Assembly (NCBI GenBank): GCA_021463465.1
Contig: JAJTYH010000002.1
Location: 137,799-201,798 of the forward strand
Reading direction: 5' to 3'
Source: a bacterium
Lineage (GTDB): Bacteria; Patescibacteriota; Dojkabacteria; SC72
Length of the DNA: 64,000 nucleotides
Position 1 is the first letter of the stretch. The number at the start of each line of letters is the position of its first letter. The notes below the pieces were generated by a model that saw nothing but the letters and a program-made list of their open reading frames with translations, ran no database searches and was not told the origin of the DNA. The translations under genes and the position numbers were made by a program. Positions 39,049 to 49,551 of the stretch are shown here, in pieces.

Positions 39049-39077
39049 TTGCACAGCGGCGGTATTTCAAATATAAT
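39049..39077 (+). promoter_or_regulatory. Sigma70-type promoter for the rpmF operon
   Basis: TTGCAC-17 bp-TATAAT. Confidence 0.7.
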
Positions 39078-39111
39078 CGCTATGCAATTGTTAATTTGAT
39101 ATCTTGAAGAT

Positions 39112-39306
39112 ATGGCAGCGCTTCCCAAAAGACGTTCCTCAAGCAGCCGAAGAGATAAGCGAAGGGCGACACATGCACTTGTAGCGCCTGCACTTTCTGT
39201 TTGCCCTAAATGCAAACGAGCCAAGAGACCGCACTTTGTTTGTGCATACTGTGGCTACTACGGCAAAGGTGATAAAGTTGAGGCAAAATCGACTCCTAAA
39301 AAGTAA
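39112..39306 (+). CDS. rpmF: 50S ribosomal protein L32 (Zn-ribbon form)
   Basis: LPKRRSSSSRRDKRR, CPKC, PHFVCAYCGYY. Confidence 0.95.
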   Translation: MAALPKRRSSSSRRDKRRATHALVAPALSVCPKCKRAKRPHFVCAYCGYYGKGDKVEAKSTPKK

Positions 39307-39728
39307 TGAAAACTGCTAACGATCCGCGACATCAAGCAAGAGTACTAGTACTTCAAAAGCTTTTTGCCGATGATTTCATGGATTTAAAGCGAGAGGAACT
39401 CACAATTGACGAGCTCAAAAGCATAGATGAGATTGAAAAGTACGACACACCTCTCTACGACGAGCTACTCAAAGGTATCACTGAAAAGGTTCAAGAAATT
39501 GACGACATGATAACTAAATTTGCTCCTCAATGGCCACTGGATCAGATTAAAAAGGTTGATCTAGAAATTCTTAGAATTGCGATTTACGAAGGCTTTATTG
39601 CCAACTTGACTCCTCCCAAAGTGGCGATAGATGAGGGGATTGAACTTGCCAAGGCTTTTGGAGGTTCAACCAGCGATAAGTTCGTAAACGGTGTACTGGG
39701 AGCTATATATGATCAAGTAAAGAAATGA
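39306..39728 (+). CDS. nusB: Transcription antitermination factor NusB
   Basis: RHQAR, ILRIAIYE, PPKVAIDEGIELAKAFG, KFVNGVLG. Confidence 0.95.
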   Translation: MKTANDPRHQARVLVLQKLFADDFMDLKREELTIDELKSIDEIEKYDTPLYDELLKGITEKVQEIDDMITKFAPQWPLDQIKKVDLEILRIAIYEGFIANLTPPKVAIDEGIELAKAFGGSTSDKFVNGVLGAIYDQVKK

Positions 39729-40426
39729 AAGAAGAAATAGAGCAATTACTCAAACAACTTCAAATTCCTTTCAAAAGCCTCGATTTATACATTGAAGCCT
39801 TTACTCATCGCTCATATATCAATGAGCAGCGAAGCGAGAAGATTAATCATAACGAACGACTTGAGTTCCTAGGCGATGCCGTGTTGGAACTAGTAATCAC
39901 TGAATACATATATTCTCAGTATCCAGAGCACACTGAAGGAGACCTCACAAGTTTCAGAGCAGCAATAGTACGAACTGATTCTCTTGCATTACAAGCCAGA
40001 GAGCTCAACTACGGTAAATCCTTGAGAATGTCTAAAGGAGAGGAAGCAAGTGGAGGAAAAGATAAGGACTATCTCTTGGCTAACACTTTCGAAGCCGTAC
40101 TCGGAGCAATGTATCTAGATTTAGGCTACGAAGTGGCTAAAGAGTTTGTCTACAAGACACTTGTTCCTAGAATACAGGGAATTGTTGATGCTCGATTAGA
40201 CATTGATGCCAAGACTAAATTTCAAGAAATTGCCCAGGCTGTATTCAAACAAACACCAATTTACACTGTAGTTTCAGAAGACGGTCCTGATCATGATAAA
40301 ACCTTTACTATGGCGGTAATGATTGGGGACAGGGAGTTTGGGCAGGGGAAAGGTCCTAGCAAACAGAAAGCAGAAGAGAATGCTGCTCTCCAGGGACTAG
40401 AAATCATAAGTTCTCAACCTAAATAA
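39725..40426 (+). CDS. rnc: Ribonuclease III
   Basis: AFTHRSY, NERLEFLGDAVL, C-terminal dsRBD (GPDHDKTF...SKQKAE). Confidence 0.97.
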   Translation: MKEEIEQLLKQLQIPFKSLDLYIEAFTHRSYINEQRSEKINHNERLEFLGDAVLELVITEYIYSQYPEHTEGDLTSFRAAIVRTDSLALQARELNYGKSLRMSKGEEASGGKDKDYLLANTFEAVLGAMYLDLGYEVAKEFVYKTLVPRIQGIVDARLDIDAKTKFQEIAQAVFKQTPIYTVVSEDGPDHDKTFTMAVMIGDREFGQGKGPSKQKAEENAALQGLEIISSQPK

Positions 40427-40472
40427 CCGAAATTGCTTGAATAAAGAGCTTCCCTTTGTTAGAATTAGCGAT

Positions 40473-40778
40473 ATGTTAAAGATTAGATTAAAACGAACAG
40501 GTAAAAGAGGACAGGCATTTTTCCGCGTAGTGGTAATGGAATCGACTCGTAACAGAGGCAGCAAGTCTGTCGAAGACATCGGTTACTATAACCCACACAA
40601 TAACTCAATTTTTGAAGTAGATAAGACAAAAGCCAAGAAGTGGCTTGATAATGGTGCACAGCCAACTGAAACAGTCGCACAGTACTTTGTGAAGCAAGGT
40701 CTTATGAAAACCTCTCGCAAAGAAGGTTCTACCAAAAGTAAAGGAGCAGTTAAGAAAAAAGCCGCCAAGGAAGCTTAA
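40473..40778 (+). CDS. rpsP: 30S ribosomal protein S16
   Basis: MLKIRLKRTGK, IGYYNP, WLDNGAQPTETV; start at 40473. Confidence 0.95.
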   Translation: MLKIRLKRTGKRGQAFFRVVVMESTRNRGSKSVEDIGYYNPHNNSIFEVDKTKAKKWLDNGAQPTETVAQYFVKQGLMKTSRKEGSTKSKGAVKKKAAKEA

Positions 40779-40799
40779 TTAATTTGTTTACACAAAGAC

Positions 40800-41126
40800 A
40801 TGAAGGACCTTCTAGAGTATATCGTTAAAGCAATCGTAAATAACCCTGACGAGGTATCCGTATCTGAAAAGGAAAGCGTGGACTTTCAAGGTTTGATTAT
40901 ATATTCAATCAAAGTTGCTCAGCAGGATAAGGGCGTAGTCATCGGTCGAAAAGGCAGAACTATCAACGCTATCCGCGATCTTGTCACCATTGCAGCCATT
41001 AGACAGCAAAAACGAGTCAAAGTATTGGTTGAAGAAGATGAGATGGATCGACCTGTTCCAACAGCAAGTGACGATTCAACTCCAACAGAGGACATGCTTG
41101 AGGATAACATGGAGCAATTAGGATAA
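40800..41126 (+). CDS. khpA: KH-domain RNA-binding protein KhpA
   Basis: DKGVVIGRKGRTINAIR; located downstream of rpsP. Confidence 0.9.
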   Translation: MKDLLEYIVKAIVNNPDEVSVSEKESVDFQGLIIYSIKVAQQDKGVVIGRKGRTINAIRDLVTIAAIRQQKRVKVLVEEDEMDRPVPTASDDSTPTEDMLEDNMEQLG

Positions 41127-41158
41127 TCCCTGTCGTTTCAACAATACTTCAATATTAC

Positions 41159-42007
41159 TTACTTTTGCAGTTTCGATGCTTTCTGCGTAAATACATCAAT
41201 AGTAGGAGTGAATTGAGTGTAGGATGAGAATGGGGAATATATGTTTGGTTTAGTAATTGCATCCTGATTAATGTAGTAGCCTGTAACAGTTAATGCAAGT
41301 TCCCATTGTCCTGACTCAGTTTGTTTTAGCTTCACCTGATCAGTAGCCACAATAAATGGCGAAGCATCTTGTATCTCGTCAAGGAAACTCGTGATCTCTG
41401 TGAAATTTCCTGAGTACTTCAAAGGGCCGCTAACTCCTCTCATAACTGGATCTACGCCTTTAGATTCAGCGGAGGTTCGTACTGCAATATCACCAGCTAG
41501 AATTTCTCTAAATTCTAAGCCGTTTGATTTAGCTGAATCATCAACATAAGAGACAAAATCAGACACTTGAAGACTAAAAGGAATCACAGTTCGGGCATTA
41601 GATAAATCAGTTTGCAACAAAGTAATATCCATAGCATCTAAATCACTACCCAGTTTATTAAGTTGAGTTATTTTGGATTTAGTATCCTGACTTTCAGCCC
41701 TAAACTTCATTCCGCTTGTTACCATAGGAATATAAACAAATATTGTGAGTAATCCGAGGGCAAGTAAGCTTAAGACTGGGACAACCAAATCACCTGGTTT
41801 AAACTTCTTTACTGAGCTCTGAATTGCCTGAAGCTCACTAAATGTCTTATCAAACTGCCTGACAGCATTGGTTTGTATAGAAGCAGCTTCGCCTTCTACT
41901 CGAGCGGCAACAGGTATCCCTTGCCCTTGAGTAGCAACTACCTCTGAAGGTACTGCATCAGGAGTTGCTACAGGAGGGGTGGATTGTACAGGCTTCTGTT
42001 CATCCAT
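41159..42007 (-). CDS. pilO: Type IV pilus PilO-like protein
   Basis: TM, coiled coil and ferredoxin-like periplasmic part; follows pilM-pilN. ATG at 42007 overlaps the pilN stop. Confidence 0.65.
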   Translation of the reverse strand: MDEQKPVQSTPPVATPDAVPSEVVATQGQGIPVAARVEGEAASIQTNAVRQFDKTFSELQAIQSSVKKFKPGDLVVPVLSLLALGLLTIFVYIPMVTSGMKFRAESQDTKSKITQLNKLGSDLDAMDITLLQTDLSNARTVIPFSLQVSDFVSYVDDSAKSNGLEFREILAGDIAVRTSAESKGVDPVMRGVSGPLKYSGNFTEITSFLDEIQDASPFIVATDQVKLKQTESGQWELALTVTGYYINQDAITKPNIYSPFSSYTQFTPTIDVFTQKASKLQK

Positions 42008-42614
42008 TTTGTGCCTCCTTCTTGAACTCTTCAACATTAAGTTTACCTTCAAAATTAAATCTGGCTCCACCAATATCTTTCACTACAGTTTTGAGGTTTA
42101 CAGACTCAATGAAGCGATCATTGCCAAGCACATACCAGAGTTTAGAAACATCGGTTAGATTGTTAGCACTACCAGTAATATCAAAGCTTGAGCCTTCAGT
42201 AAGTTCGAAAGAATCAATTGATGCAAGACCACTTGAGAGTGACTGAAGGTATGTGATGATGTCCCTTGAAGAATATGTACTCGTTGCGATTTTGGTATAG
42301 AGATTAATTCTTCTTAAAATCTCATCATTTGAGGTCAAAAGATTTTCACGAAGTGATAAATCATTCTCGGCCTGAAAAAGTAAGTCTTTCTGTCGATTAA
42401 GATCAATCTTAGCAAAAATATTAAAACCAACAATCAAAAGCGAAAAAGAGATTAAAATAAAAAGGGAAACCGCTGCACCCACATTCAATTTAACTTTACT
42501 TGTCTCGACAACTATCTCTTCCTGAGTTAGTGGAGGAATAAGGTTAATACTTTTACTACCCCTAATCAGATTAGGTGCATTTACTTTCTTTGTTTCTACA
42601 TTGGTATTACTCAT
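42000..42614 (-). CDS. pilN: Type IV pilus PilN-like protein
   Basis: INLIP motif, TM, ITGSA; follows pilM. Confidence 0.8.
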   Translation of the reverse strand: MSNTNVETKKVNAPNLIRGSKSINLIPPLTQEEIVVETSKVKLNVGAAVSLFILISFSLLIVGFNIFAKIDLNRQKDLLFQAENDLSLRENLLTSNDEILRRINLYTKIATSTYSSRDIITYLQSLSSGLASIDSFELTEGSSFDITGSANNLTDVSKLWYVLGNDRFIESVNLKTVVKDIGGARFNFEGKLNVEEFKKEAQNG

Positions 42615-43641
42615 CTTTAAGTGCGAGTCCTATTGCAACAGAATATGAAGCCGAGCTTTTGGTGACAATATTTTTAAATCTGTCAGGAATTTCAATACCT
42701 TTCCAAGGATCTGCTAGCATCGCATCAACACCCATGGTCTTAGAGATATAATCAGCAATACCAGGAAGTAGGGCACCATCACCATTAAGATAAATATTCT
42801 TGGGAGCTTGAGCCAATGTCTTATTCTTATAAAACTCAATTCCACGATTAACCTCTGTAATGATTGCATCAACAATAGGTTTGAGAGTTTGATATATCTT
42901 ACCTTCTAAAACTCCCTCAACAATACCATAATTTCGCTTGTATTCTTCAGCTTGTGTATATTCAAAGTTAAACTTATTAACAATTGCTTGCGTTAATGAA
43001 TCTGAGCCAATAGCAATACTTTGAGAAAACACAAGCTGTTCATCAAGAAGGATACTCATATCAGTGGTATTTGAACCAAAGTCTAACATTACCATATGCT
43101 TCATCTTTGTTGATCGGTACATTGCTCTACCAAGTGCAACTGATTCTGTTTCAACATTAATTGGTTCTAAACCAGCTTTCTCTACAACATTCAGGAAAAG
43201 ATCTACCATCTTCCTGGGAGCAGCAACAAGTAGAACTTTCGGAGCACTTTTCTCTTGGTTAAATCCTATGGTTACATAGCTCATTTGAACGTCATCAATC
43301 GGCATTGGGATGAATTCTTTTGCCTGATAATAGACAGCATTATCCAGTTCGTCATCCTTTACTCCAGGAAACTCTAAAAACCTTGTAAATACCAAAGATT
43401 CAGGCAAAGCTACAATTACCTTATTATTTCGTATTTTTGAATTTACAAACAGAGTCTTAAGTGCATCAGCTAGCTGTTTTTGGTGTACTTCATCTTCACT
43501 ATTGATAACTCCATGGGGTGTTTTTTGACTACCAAAATTTTCAAGAAATGGGGTAGGGGTCGAAATCCCTTTAAGTTCAACGGCTTTTACAGAGTGATTA
43601 CCAAAATCAATTCCAACATGGTCGGGCAGTTTTGACATCAT
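42607..43641 (-). CDS. pilM: Type IV pilus assembly protein PilM
   Basis: VGIDFGNHSVKAVEL, LLVAAP, LDFGSNTT, AEEYKRNYG, VAIGLAL. Confidence 0.93.
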   Translation of the reverse strand: MMSKLPDHVGIDFGNHSVKAVELKGISTPTPFLENFGSQKTPHGVINSEDEVHQKQLADALKTLFVNSKIRNNKVIVALPESLVFTRFLEFPGVKDDELDNAVYYQAKEFIPMPIDDVQMSYVTIGFNQEKSAPKVLLVAAPRKMVDLFLNVVEKAGLEPINVETESVALGRAMYRSTKMKHMVMLDFGSNTTDMSILLDEQLVFSQSIAIGSDSLTQAIVNKFNFEYTQAEEYKRNYGIVEGVLEGKIYQTLKPIVDAIITEVNRGIEFYKNKTLAQAPKNIYLNGDGALLPGIADYISKTMGVDAMLADPWKGIEIPDRFKNIVTKSSASYSVAIGLALKDE

Positions 43642-43727
43642 TTTTAATCAATCAAATTAGGCAGTATTACTAATAAGAATCATAACAAAGAGTGTGTGAA
43701 AGTCAATTTTAAAAAGATTACAGGGCA

Positions 43728-46211
43728 TTACAAAGGTTTAAAGCCCACTTCTCGTTTAAAGCCTTCTATTTCACCACCGAAGAACATAGGAGCAAAAGCA
43801 AGGTATCTGTTATCAAAATGAATAGCTAGAACCGGATAAGAAGCCGAAAACAATGGGGTTAAATCCCTACGGATTGAAATTGAGAGTCCATTACTTGTAC
43901 CAAAGCCAAGCATACTTCCATGCACCAGTAAGCCATCTCTTACAGACTGTCCAGTGTCAAGCTCAGGCATATCAATTTCACCGTCCGTGAGCAAGAAAGC
44001 TTCAATTATGTCGTATTTAGGATAGCTACTACCTTGTGATTGATAATCTCCTGACTGAATGTTGATATTTCCTTTTGAGATAAACATACACCCATCACTT
44101 TGATTAGGTGAGGTGATATTTGGTCTTAAATTGGTCACTCCAGAAGCAAAGAATACAGTGGGTGTGTTGCAAACAAAGTTTGAATTGATTGTGACATTGC
44201 CAGTAACCTTAACTACACAAGACTTACTTGTACTGCAAGTGCTAATATCAGAACTTTGACCAGTAAAGGATGTATTATCAGAAAAACTCACAACGTTATA
44301 ATCAGAGGGAGACTCAGAAACCTCTTTATCAACCCTTCTGAATAACTCGTCATACCAATAATTTGTACGATTATTTGCTTCAAAATGGTTTAGGCTTCTA
44401 ACAGTATTAACCTCTTGAGGGTGTAATAGGCTAGGTAAACTGCTTGATGCTGCAAGAAGTAATTCTGAGGTGACATCTGCTTCATTTTTACTAAAGCTAA
44501 ATGGTGAATTCCAATATGAATCGTTTGAAAATCCTGAGCTTCCATTTAATTCAACTATCTCAATTCCAGAGGTAGACCCAGCATTAACAAGTCCACCTTT
44601 TGTTGCAATCCAGGAAACTCCAAATGGAAATCCTGAAGTTGCTGAGCTCATATTGCATGCCGCATCAAATGCATAAGCTGTGAAATTAACGTTTCCTTGT
44701 TCGTTGCTGTTCATGTCAATTCTGTCACTCCTTGAGGTGGCACTTGTTGTCCACAGATGATACCCAGAGTACATGCTTGAACCTGTAGCTCCACTACCAA
44801 ATACATAATTGGTGACGCCCGAAGTTTCATCATCAATTTCATCAGCACTTGGGTTTGGTGTTTGTAAGTCTGCATCTCCAACGACTCTTGTGATTGTGGA
44901 ATTAGCATCATTAAATTGCCACGCAACATCAATCCTGGTTGCATCGACAATTGAGAAATTAATCCCACTGCTTACTGGATCAGCAATATCAAGGTTGACT
45001 GACTGGGTTGAAGATGGCCAAGCAATAGTTCCAGAGCCACTACCATATTTTGGTACCGCGCTGATAGCATAGGTTCCACTTGTTAATTTTTCGTAATTAG
45101 TTATGCCAGAATTTTCATGATACGGCTCTAAATCGAGTGTAAGTGTTGTATTACTACCACTTTCAGTTACGCTAACATTTTTAATAGCTGCAGATGCACT
45201 TCCACCAGCTCCCTTTATTTCTCCTCTTAGTCCATTGCCAACTGTACCAACCCTTACCCAAGTTTGTAATGAGCCTCCTGCAACTCCCGATGCGTATCTG
45301 CTTGGAGCATATATGTCGCTCCATACACTTCCTACTTTTTTGACAAGTAATCCAAATTCGGAGTTGCTTGCAAGTGCTTGCTGTTCAGAAGTGGAAAGTG
45401 ATTCAATTGTTGTTGGGTTAGCTCCAAACCAAACTCTTATATCCGATACAGAATCTGAACCAGATGTAGTTGCTACCTGAGCATTTACCCTTACAACATT
45501 ATTCGCACTTTTTCCAAGATATCCTGCACTTGGGGTACATCCGTTAAAAGTGCCGCCACCTCCACCAGCACCCGAGGATGAATTATACAGTGAGTATGAG
45601 ACTGTAACGGGTGGAATCACTGGAATACACGCAAATTGTTTCAAGATGTACTGGGTACAGGTTGGCTCTTCTTCTTCACAGTCTCGACACATTTTGCCTG
45701 GGTTAGATTTTGTAGGGCAATTATACCAGTCTCCACAAATTCTTGGCGGATTATTGTACTTACAGCATGGGCCTGCATCTTGTGCATTACCCCAAATACA
45801 ACCTCTGTATCCTTGGCAAGATTCTGAGACAACTGTGTTTAAATCGGGAATAGTGCCAGAAGGGCAGTTATATGTATTCCAAGGGCAAGTGGGTCCACCT
45901 CCGCCACCTCCGCCGCCTCCGCCGCCTCCACCAGAACCACCGCAAGTTGTACTGCACTCATAATCATGACACCAGCAAATATTTTCATCTTGACCAGTAT
46001 CCGGATTTCTTTGAAATCCACAAGAGTATACTGCTATTCCAGAAGATTGCCCACCACTTACGTTTGGTGTATTTGCACAGATTTCACGGGCATTAATACT
46101 ACAACCCCGTGATGGACCCGTCGTACAATAAGCCAATGTAATCGAAAAAGAAGAGAAAAAGAAAAAAGAAAATAGTAAGCCAACTTTAATAACTCTTTTA
46201 ATAATTTTCAT
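43728..46211 (-). CDS. Large secreted protein with Cys-rich, poly-Gly N-terminus (pilus-associated adhesin candidate)
   Basis: Signal peptide, about 20 Cys in the first ~195 aa, Gly13 tract, beta-rich C-terminus; lies in the T4P locus. Confidence 0.7.
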   Translation of the reverse strand: MKIIKRVIKVGLLFSFFFFSSFSITLAYCTTGPSRGCSINAREICANTPNVSGGQSSGIAVYSCGFQRNPDTGQDENICWCHDYECSTTCGGSGGGGGGGGGGGGGPTCPWNTYNCPSGTIPDLNTVVSESCQGYRGCIWGNAQDAGPCCKYNNPPRICGDWYNCPTKSNPGKMCRDCEEEEPTCTQYILKQFACIPVIPPVTVSYSLYNSSSGAGGGGGTFNGCTPSAGYLGKSANNVVRVNAQVATTSGSDSVSDIRVWFGANPTTIESLSTSEQQALASNSEFGLLVKKVGSVWSDIYAPSRYASGVAGGSLQTWVRVGTVGNGLRGEIKGAGGSASAAIKNVSVTESGSNTTLTLDLEPYHENSGITNYEKLTSGTYAISAVPKYGSGSGTIAWPSSTQSVNLDIADPVSSGINFSIVDATRIDVAWQFNDANSTITRVVGDADLQTPNPSADEIDDETSGVTNYVFGSGATGSSMYSGYHLWTTSATSRSDRIDMNSNEQGNVNFTAYAFDAACNMSSATSGFPFGVSWIATKGGLVNAGSTSGIEIVELNGSSGFSNDSYWNSPFSFSKNEADVTSELLLAASSSLPSLLHPQEVNTVRSLNHFEANNRTNYWYDELFRRVDKEVSESPSDYNVVSFSDNTSFTGQSSDISTCSTSKSCVVKVTGNVTINSNFVCNTPTVFFASGVTNLRPNITSPNQSDGCMFISKGNINIQSGDYQSQGSSYPKYDIIEAFLLTDGEIDMPELDTGQSVRDGLLVHGSMLGFGTSNGLSISIRRDLTPLFSASYPVLAIHFDNRYLAFAPMFFGGEIEGFKREVGFKPL
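45894..45932 (-). repeat. Gly13 codon tract (GGN repeats with roughly 9-bp periodicity)
   Basis: ggt gga ggc ggc gga ggc ggc gga ggt ggc gga ggt gga on the minus strand. Confidence 0.85.
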
Positions 46212-46669
46212 GTATTATAAAGGTTGATATTACAGAACCTATTCATAACTTCACAAGCATTATCTTTACACGCACCTGAGAGGAAAATCACATTCTTTGA
46301 AGAAATATAGTCAAAGAATTTATCAATCGTAACAGTTTCAGAACTAAATTCTTTATTTTTATCTACTCTATTTACGGAATAATCTCCTGTATCACAATTT
46401 ATCTTAACCTCCTCAAACATCTTGGACTTTATTTTGTTTGGCCAAACTCCTTCTAAATCAAGTGTATACTTTTCTTCATCAAAACTAACTACATAAAAGA
46501 CACCTGAATTTCTTCTTATATCAAAATCTTTATCCAATTCAACTGGTGGGCTATATGTGATACTTTCTCTCAAATCTTTGTTACGTGGATTTTTCACGAT
46601 TAAATAAAGGCACAAAAAAAGGGAACATACTAGCAAAAGCACAACACTAAAAAAGAACCCTTTACTCAT
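46208..46669 (-). CDS. Hypothetical membrane-anchored protein
   Basis: N-terminal TM, four C-terminal-half Cys; overlaps the start of the downstream gene by 4 nt. Confidence 0.6.
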   Translation of the reverse strand: MSKGFFFSVVLLLVCSLFLCLYLIVKNPRNKDLRESITYSPPVELDKDFDIRRNSGVFYVVSFDEEKYTLDLEGVWPNKIKSKMFEEVKINCDTGDYSVNRVDKNKEFSSETVTIDKFFDYISSKNVIFLSGACKDNACEVMNRFCNINLYNT

Positions 46670-46860
46670 GTACTTATAAATATCAAATATCTTTACTTAA
46701 AATTAGGATATTTAAATTGCAATGTCAATTATTCCATTCGACGATATTAAAACCCCCTCCAAGTAAAAATCAAGCGGAGAATCTTAATCAAAGGAAGTAC
46801 AAGACAATTGACAATGTTTTATAACAACTAGTTAATTGTCGCTGGAAGTATTACTAATTA

Positions 46861-48114
46861 TCAATACCCAGAAAATGTTTGAAGTGCCTCATCGAAAATT
46901 TCGGGGGTTACTGCGATATGTATTGCAGTTGCTAACAATGACGGAGGGTAGTATATAACTAAAGTTGATCCATCAGGCATCCTTTTTATCGTGATCAAAA
47001 TTAATTTATCTTTGCCGGGCCAAGAAATTTGATAAGATTTAAATTTACTTACTTTTTCATGATCTAAATACAGCAAAGCAGAAATTTGCTCATCGCTTAG
47101 CTTTTTAAATTCAGCAAAAGTCCCATCAATACCTGTTACATCATCCATATACCTGAAAGCTTCTTCAGAAGTTAAAAAACTTTCAACGTATCGTACTTCT
47201 CCATTAATATAAGGAACGGGGCACTGTTCAACATAGGGGAATGAAATAGATTCACCGTTCAATCCAATGTATTCCCGCGTAGTTGGCGGGGCTTCAGTCG
47301 GTTTTATAGTAAGGGTAGGATTTGTTATAACAGTCGGTTCAAGTGAAGGAGTAGGGTTAACAACAGGGGGCTCATTACCACCATCTGACCCATCACCACC
47401 AAAACTTAGCGGTGTTGCTTGTGGAGCAACCCCAGGTTCCACAGGTAGTGATAACACTGCTGGATTTTTAGTACTTTGATAAATAAGCGTTGCCGCAGTA
47501 GCAAGAATTGCCACTCCCATAAAAAGTCCAAGTCCTGTACCTCTTTTTTTGGGGCTTTGTGAAGGAGATGAATTATCTTTACCTTCAGCTGGTCTTTTTG
47601 CTGGTGAACCAACAACAATAGGGGCAACACCGTCGCGAACTAATAACTGAGGCTTCCAGTTATCACCATCATTTTCCCACCTTCCGAAGGGGTCAAATAC
47701 AATATCTCCATTTTCTTGTTTCCTAAATCTACCAAATGCGGTAACCAGAATTTGACCAGGCTCAAGCGAAGTAATATTAAGGTCTGCATCTATTTGATCA
47801 AAGGAATCTCTAATTTGCTCACAAACTTCCTTACGAAGAAAACGCCTTTCATTTTTCCTAAGTGGCTTAATAAAAGGAAGGACCAATGCGTTAATACCGT
47901 TCTCACCACCGAAGAATTCATTTGATAGACTATTGCATCCAACGCCATTAAAATCTTCTTCATCTCCCGTAAATAAGTAAGCTTCAGGAAATAGATTTAA
48001 AGCCTCCTCCAGCTTTGCTTTTGCGCCATCAATCCTCTGGCTAGCTTCCAGAGCAGGGGAACTAGAGGAAAAAGGAGAGATTCTTTCAAAAGACCTTGTA
48101 CTTGCATTTACCAT
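46861..48114 (-). CDS. Hypothetical single-pass membrane protein with Pro/Thr-rich linker
   Basis: 417-aa ORF; central TM (GLGLFMGVAILATAATLIY); PTPSLEPTV linker. Confidence 0.65.
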   Translation of the reverse strand: MVNASTRSFERISPFSSSSPALEASQRIDGAKAKLEEALNLFPEAYLFTGDEEDFNGVGCNSLSNEFFGGENGINALVLPFIKPLRKNERRFLRKEVCEQIRDSFDQIDADLNITSLEPGQILVTAFGRFRKQENGDIVFDPFGRWENDGDNWKPQLLVRDGVAPIVVGSPAKRPAEGKDNSSPSQSPKKRGTGLGLFMGVAILATAATLIYQSTKNPAVLSLPVEPGVAPQATPLSFGGDGSDGGNEPPVVNPTPSLEPTVITNPTLTIKPTEAPPTTREYIGLNGESISFPYVEQCPVPYINGEVRYVESFLTSEEAFRYMDDVTGIDGTFAEFKKLSDEQISALLYLDHEKVSKFKSYQISWPGKDKLILITIKRMPDGSTLVIYYPPSLLATAIHIAVTPEIFDEALQTFSGY

Positions 48115-48180
48115 AGTATTACTTCTAGTAAAGTAAAGTTATTGTATATTATACAACATTAAACCAAGCTGGACTATAGG

Positions 48181-48576
48181 CTACTTATCGCCTAAAACCT
48201 TCTTTACTTCATTTACTAAGTCCGTGTACTCCAACTCAGATTTAATCAAGTAGGATACCGCGCCAAAATCAAAAGCCTCTTTAATAACTTTATCACTCGT
48301 CATATTGGTCAAAATTATCACTGGAGCATCGCCATATCCCTCTTTATCAGCTTTAATCGTCCTCAACACCTCCAAACCATCAAGACCAGGCATCATCAAA
48401 TCAAGTAGAATCAACGAAATTACATCTGGACTTTTTTTCAAAACTTCGAGGCCCTTATATCCATCTATCGCACTCACCACATTATATCCAGCACTTTGAA
48501 CCACCTCGACATAAGAATCCAAAAGAGCTTTCTCGTCTTCAATAATTAATACTGTTTTTTTGTTTTCCATATACAT
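48181..48576 (-). CDS. Single-domain response regulator
   Basis: IIEDE, LLDLMMPGLDG, ILTN, YLIKS; canonical D, T and K residues present. Confidence 0.92.
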   Translation of the reverse strand: MYMENKKTVLIIEDEKALLDSYVEVVQSAGYNVVSAIDGYKGLEVLKKSPDVISLILLDLMMPGLDGLEVLRTIKADKEGYGDAPVIILTNMTSDKVIKEAFDFGAVSYLIKSELEYTDLVNEVKKVLGDK

Positions 48577-48581
48577 TCCTT

Positions 48582-49529
48582 TTACTGAGGTTGAAGCGTT
48601 CCAGTACCATTATACAGGACATAATCAAATATCGGCAAAGCCCATTCTTGTTGAGGGACTTGAACCTCTTTAGCACGATAAGAGCCAGTACAGTTAGCAC
48701 CAACAGTCATTTTAACCATCTCCCAATCTGTAATACAGTTAGCATTGGAAAGGGAAGCCCTTAGCGAAATTATTGAATTAACACTACGAACTCTAACTTC
48801 ATCCAAAGAATATCCGCCTGATGCTCCTAAAGGCACTGTAATTTGCGAGCCTGCCGCTACTGGAGTCCAGGAATCTGACAAACTAGGATTGCCACTACAA
48901 TCGCTTCCACCAGCGAAGATGCAGTACGGGAGGATATCGCCGTATGCATAAGGCTTGTACTCACCAGCAATACCCCCTGTGTAGTTTCTCCCGTAGACTC
49001 GACTTATCATTAAACCTCCAACGGCAGTACCGCGAGGCTCAACCGTAAGAAGTAAGGAGCACGAGCCAGGATTAGGAGTTTGACCTCGCAACACAAATGA
49101 CCTAACAGAATCAGGCCTTATCTCCAAATCATCCTGTTCTGACGCTAGCTTGGTTGTTAGTTCTAAGGTTGATGTTTCATCTTGGCAATTAGATAGAGAT
49201 GTAGAAGAGTCGGCACCTACACCCACATCAGATAAGAAACTTACAACATTCTCAACTCCTTGAATCTTACACCCATCAGCTTGATCAATACCCGTTCCAA
49301 ACTCAGGTTTTGCACAACTCGCTTTTAATGCACTAACAGAGGTCCCTTTTACTGAATCAATAATTGAATCGGCTGTTTCAAGAGCTTCCGCAGAAGATTT
49401 TTCATTTACAACTCTGAAATTATCTCTCAAAACACGTGATAACATTGCCATACCCATAACAATAGATATGACCAAAACAATCATAACAATAGCTAATGCC
49501 TGTGCTTTGTAGCCAACTGCGGTTTTCAT
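48582..49529 (-). CDS. PilX-like minor pilin
   Basis: GYKA|QALAIVMIVLVI (no E5), SSAEALETADS helix. Confidence 0.7.
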   Translation of the reverse strand: MKTAVGYKAQALAIVMIVLVISIVMGMAMLSRVLRDNFRVVNEKSSAEALETADSIIDSVKGTSVSALKASCAKPEFGTGIDQADGCKIQGVENVVSFLSDVGVGADSSTSLSNCQDETSTLELTTKLASEQDDLEIRPDSVRSFVLRGQTPNPGSCSLLLTVEPRGTAVGGLMISRVYGRNYTGGIAGEYKPYAYGDILPYCIFAGGSDCSGNPSLSDSWTPVAAGSQITVPLGASGGYSLDEVRVRSVNSIISLRASLSNANCITDWEMVKMTVGANCTGSYRAKEVQVPQQEWALPIFDYVLYNGTGTLQPQ

Positions 49530-49551
49530 ATACTCCTAAAGTATCAAATTA

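Noticed and set aside
46803-46840. Hairpin GACAATTGAC/GTTAATTGTC as an ncRNA
   Set aside because: AT-rich and just downstream of ORF 46861-48114; at most a weak terminator, with no family features.
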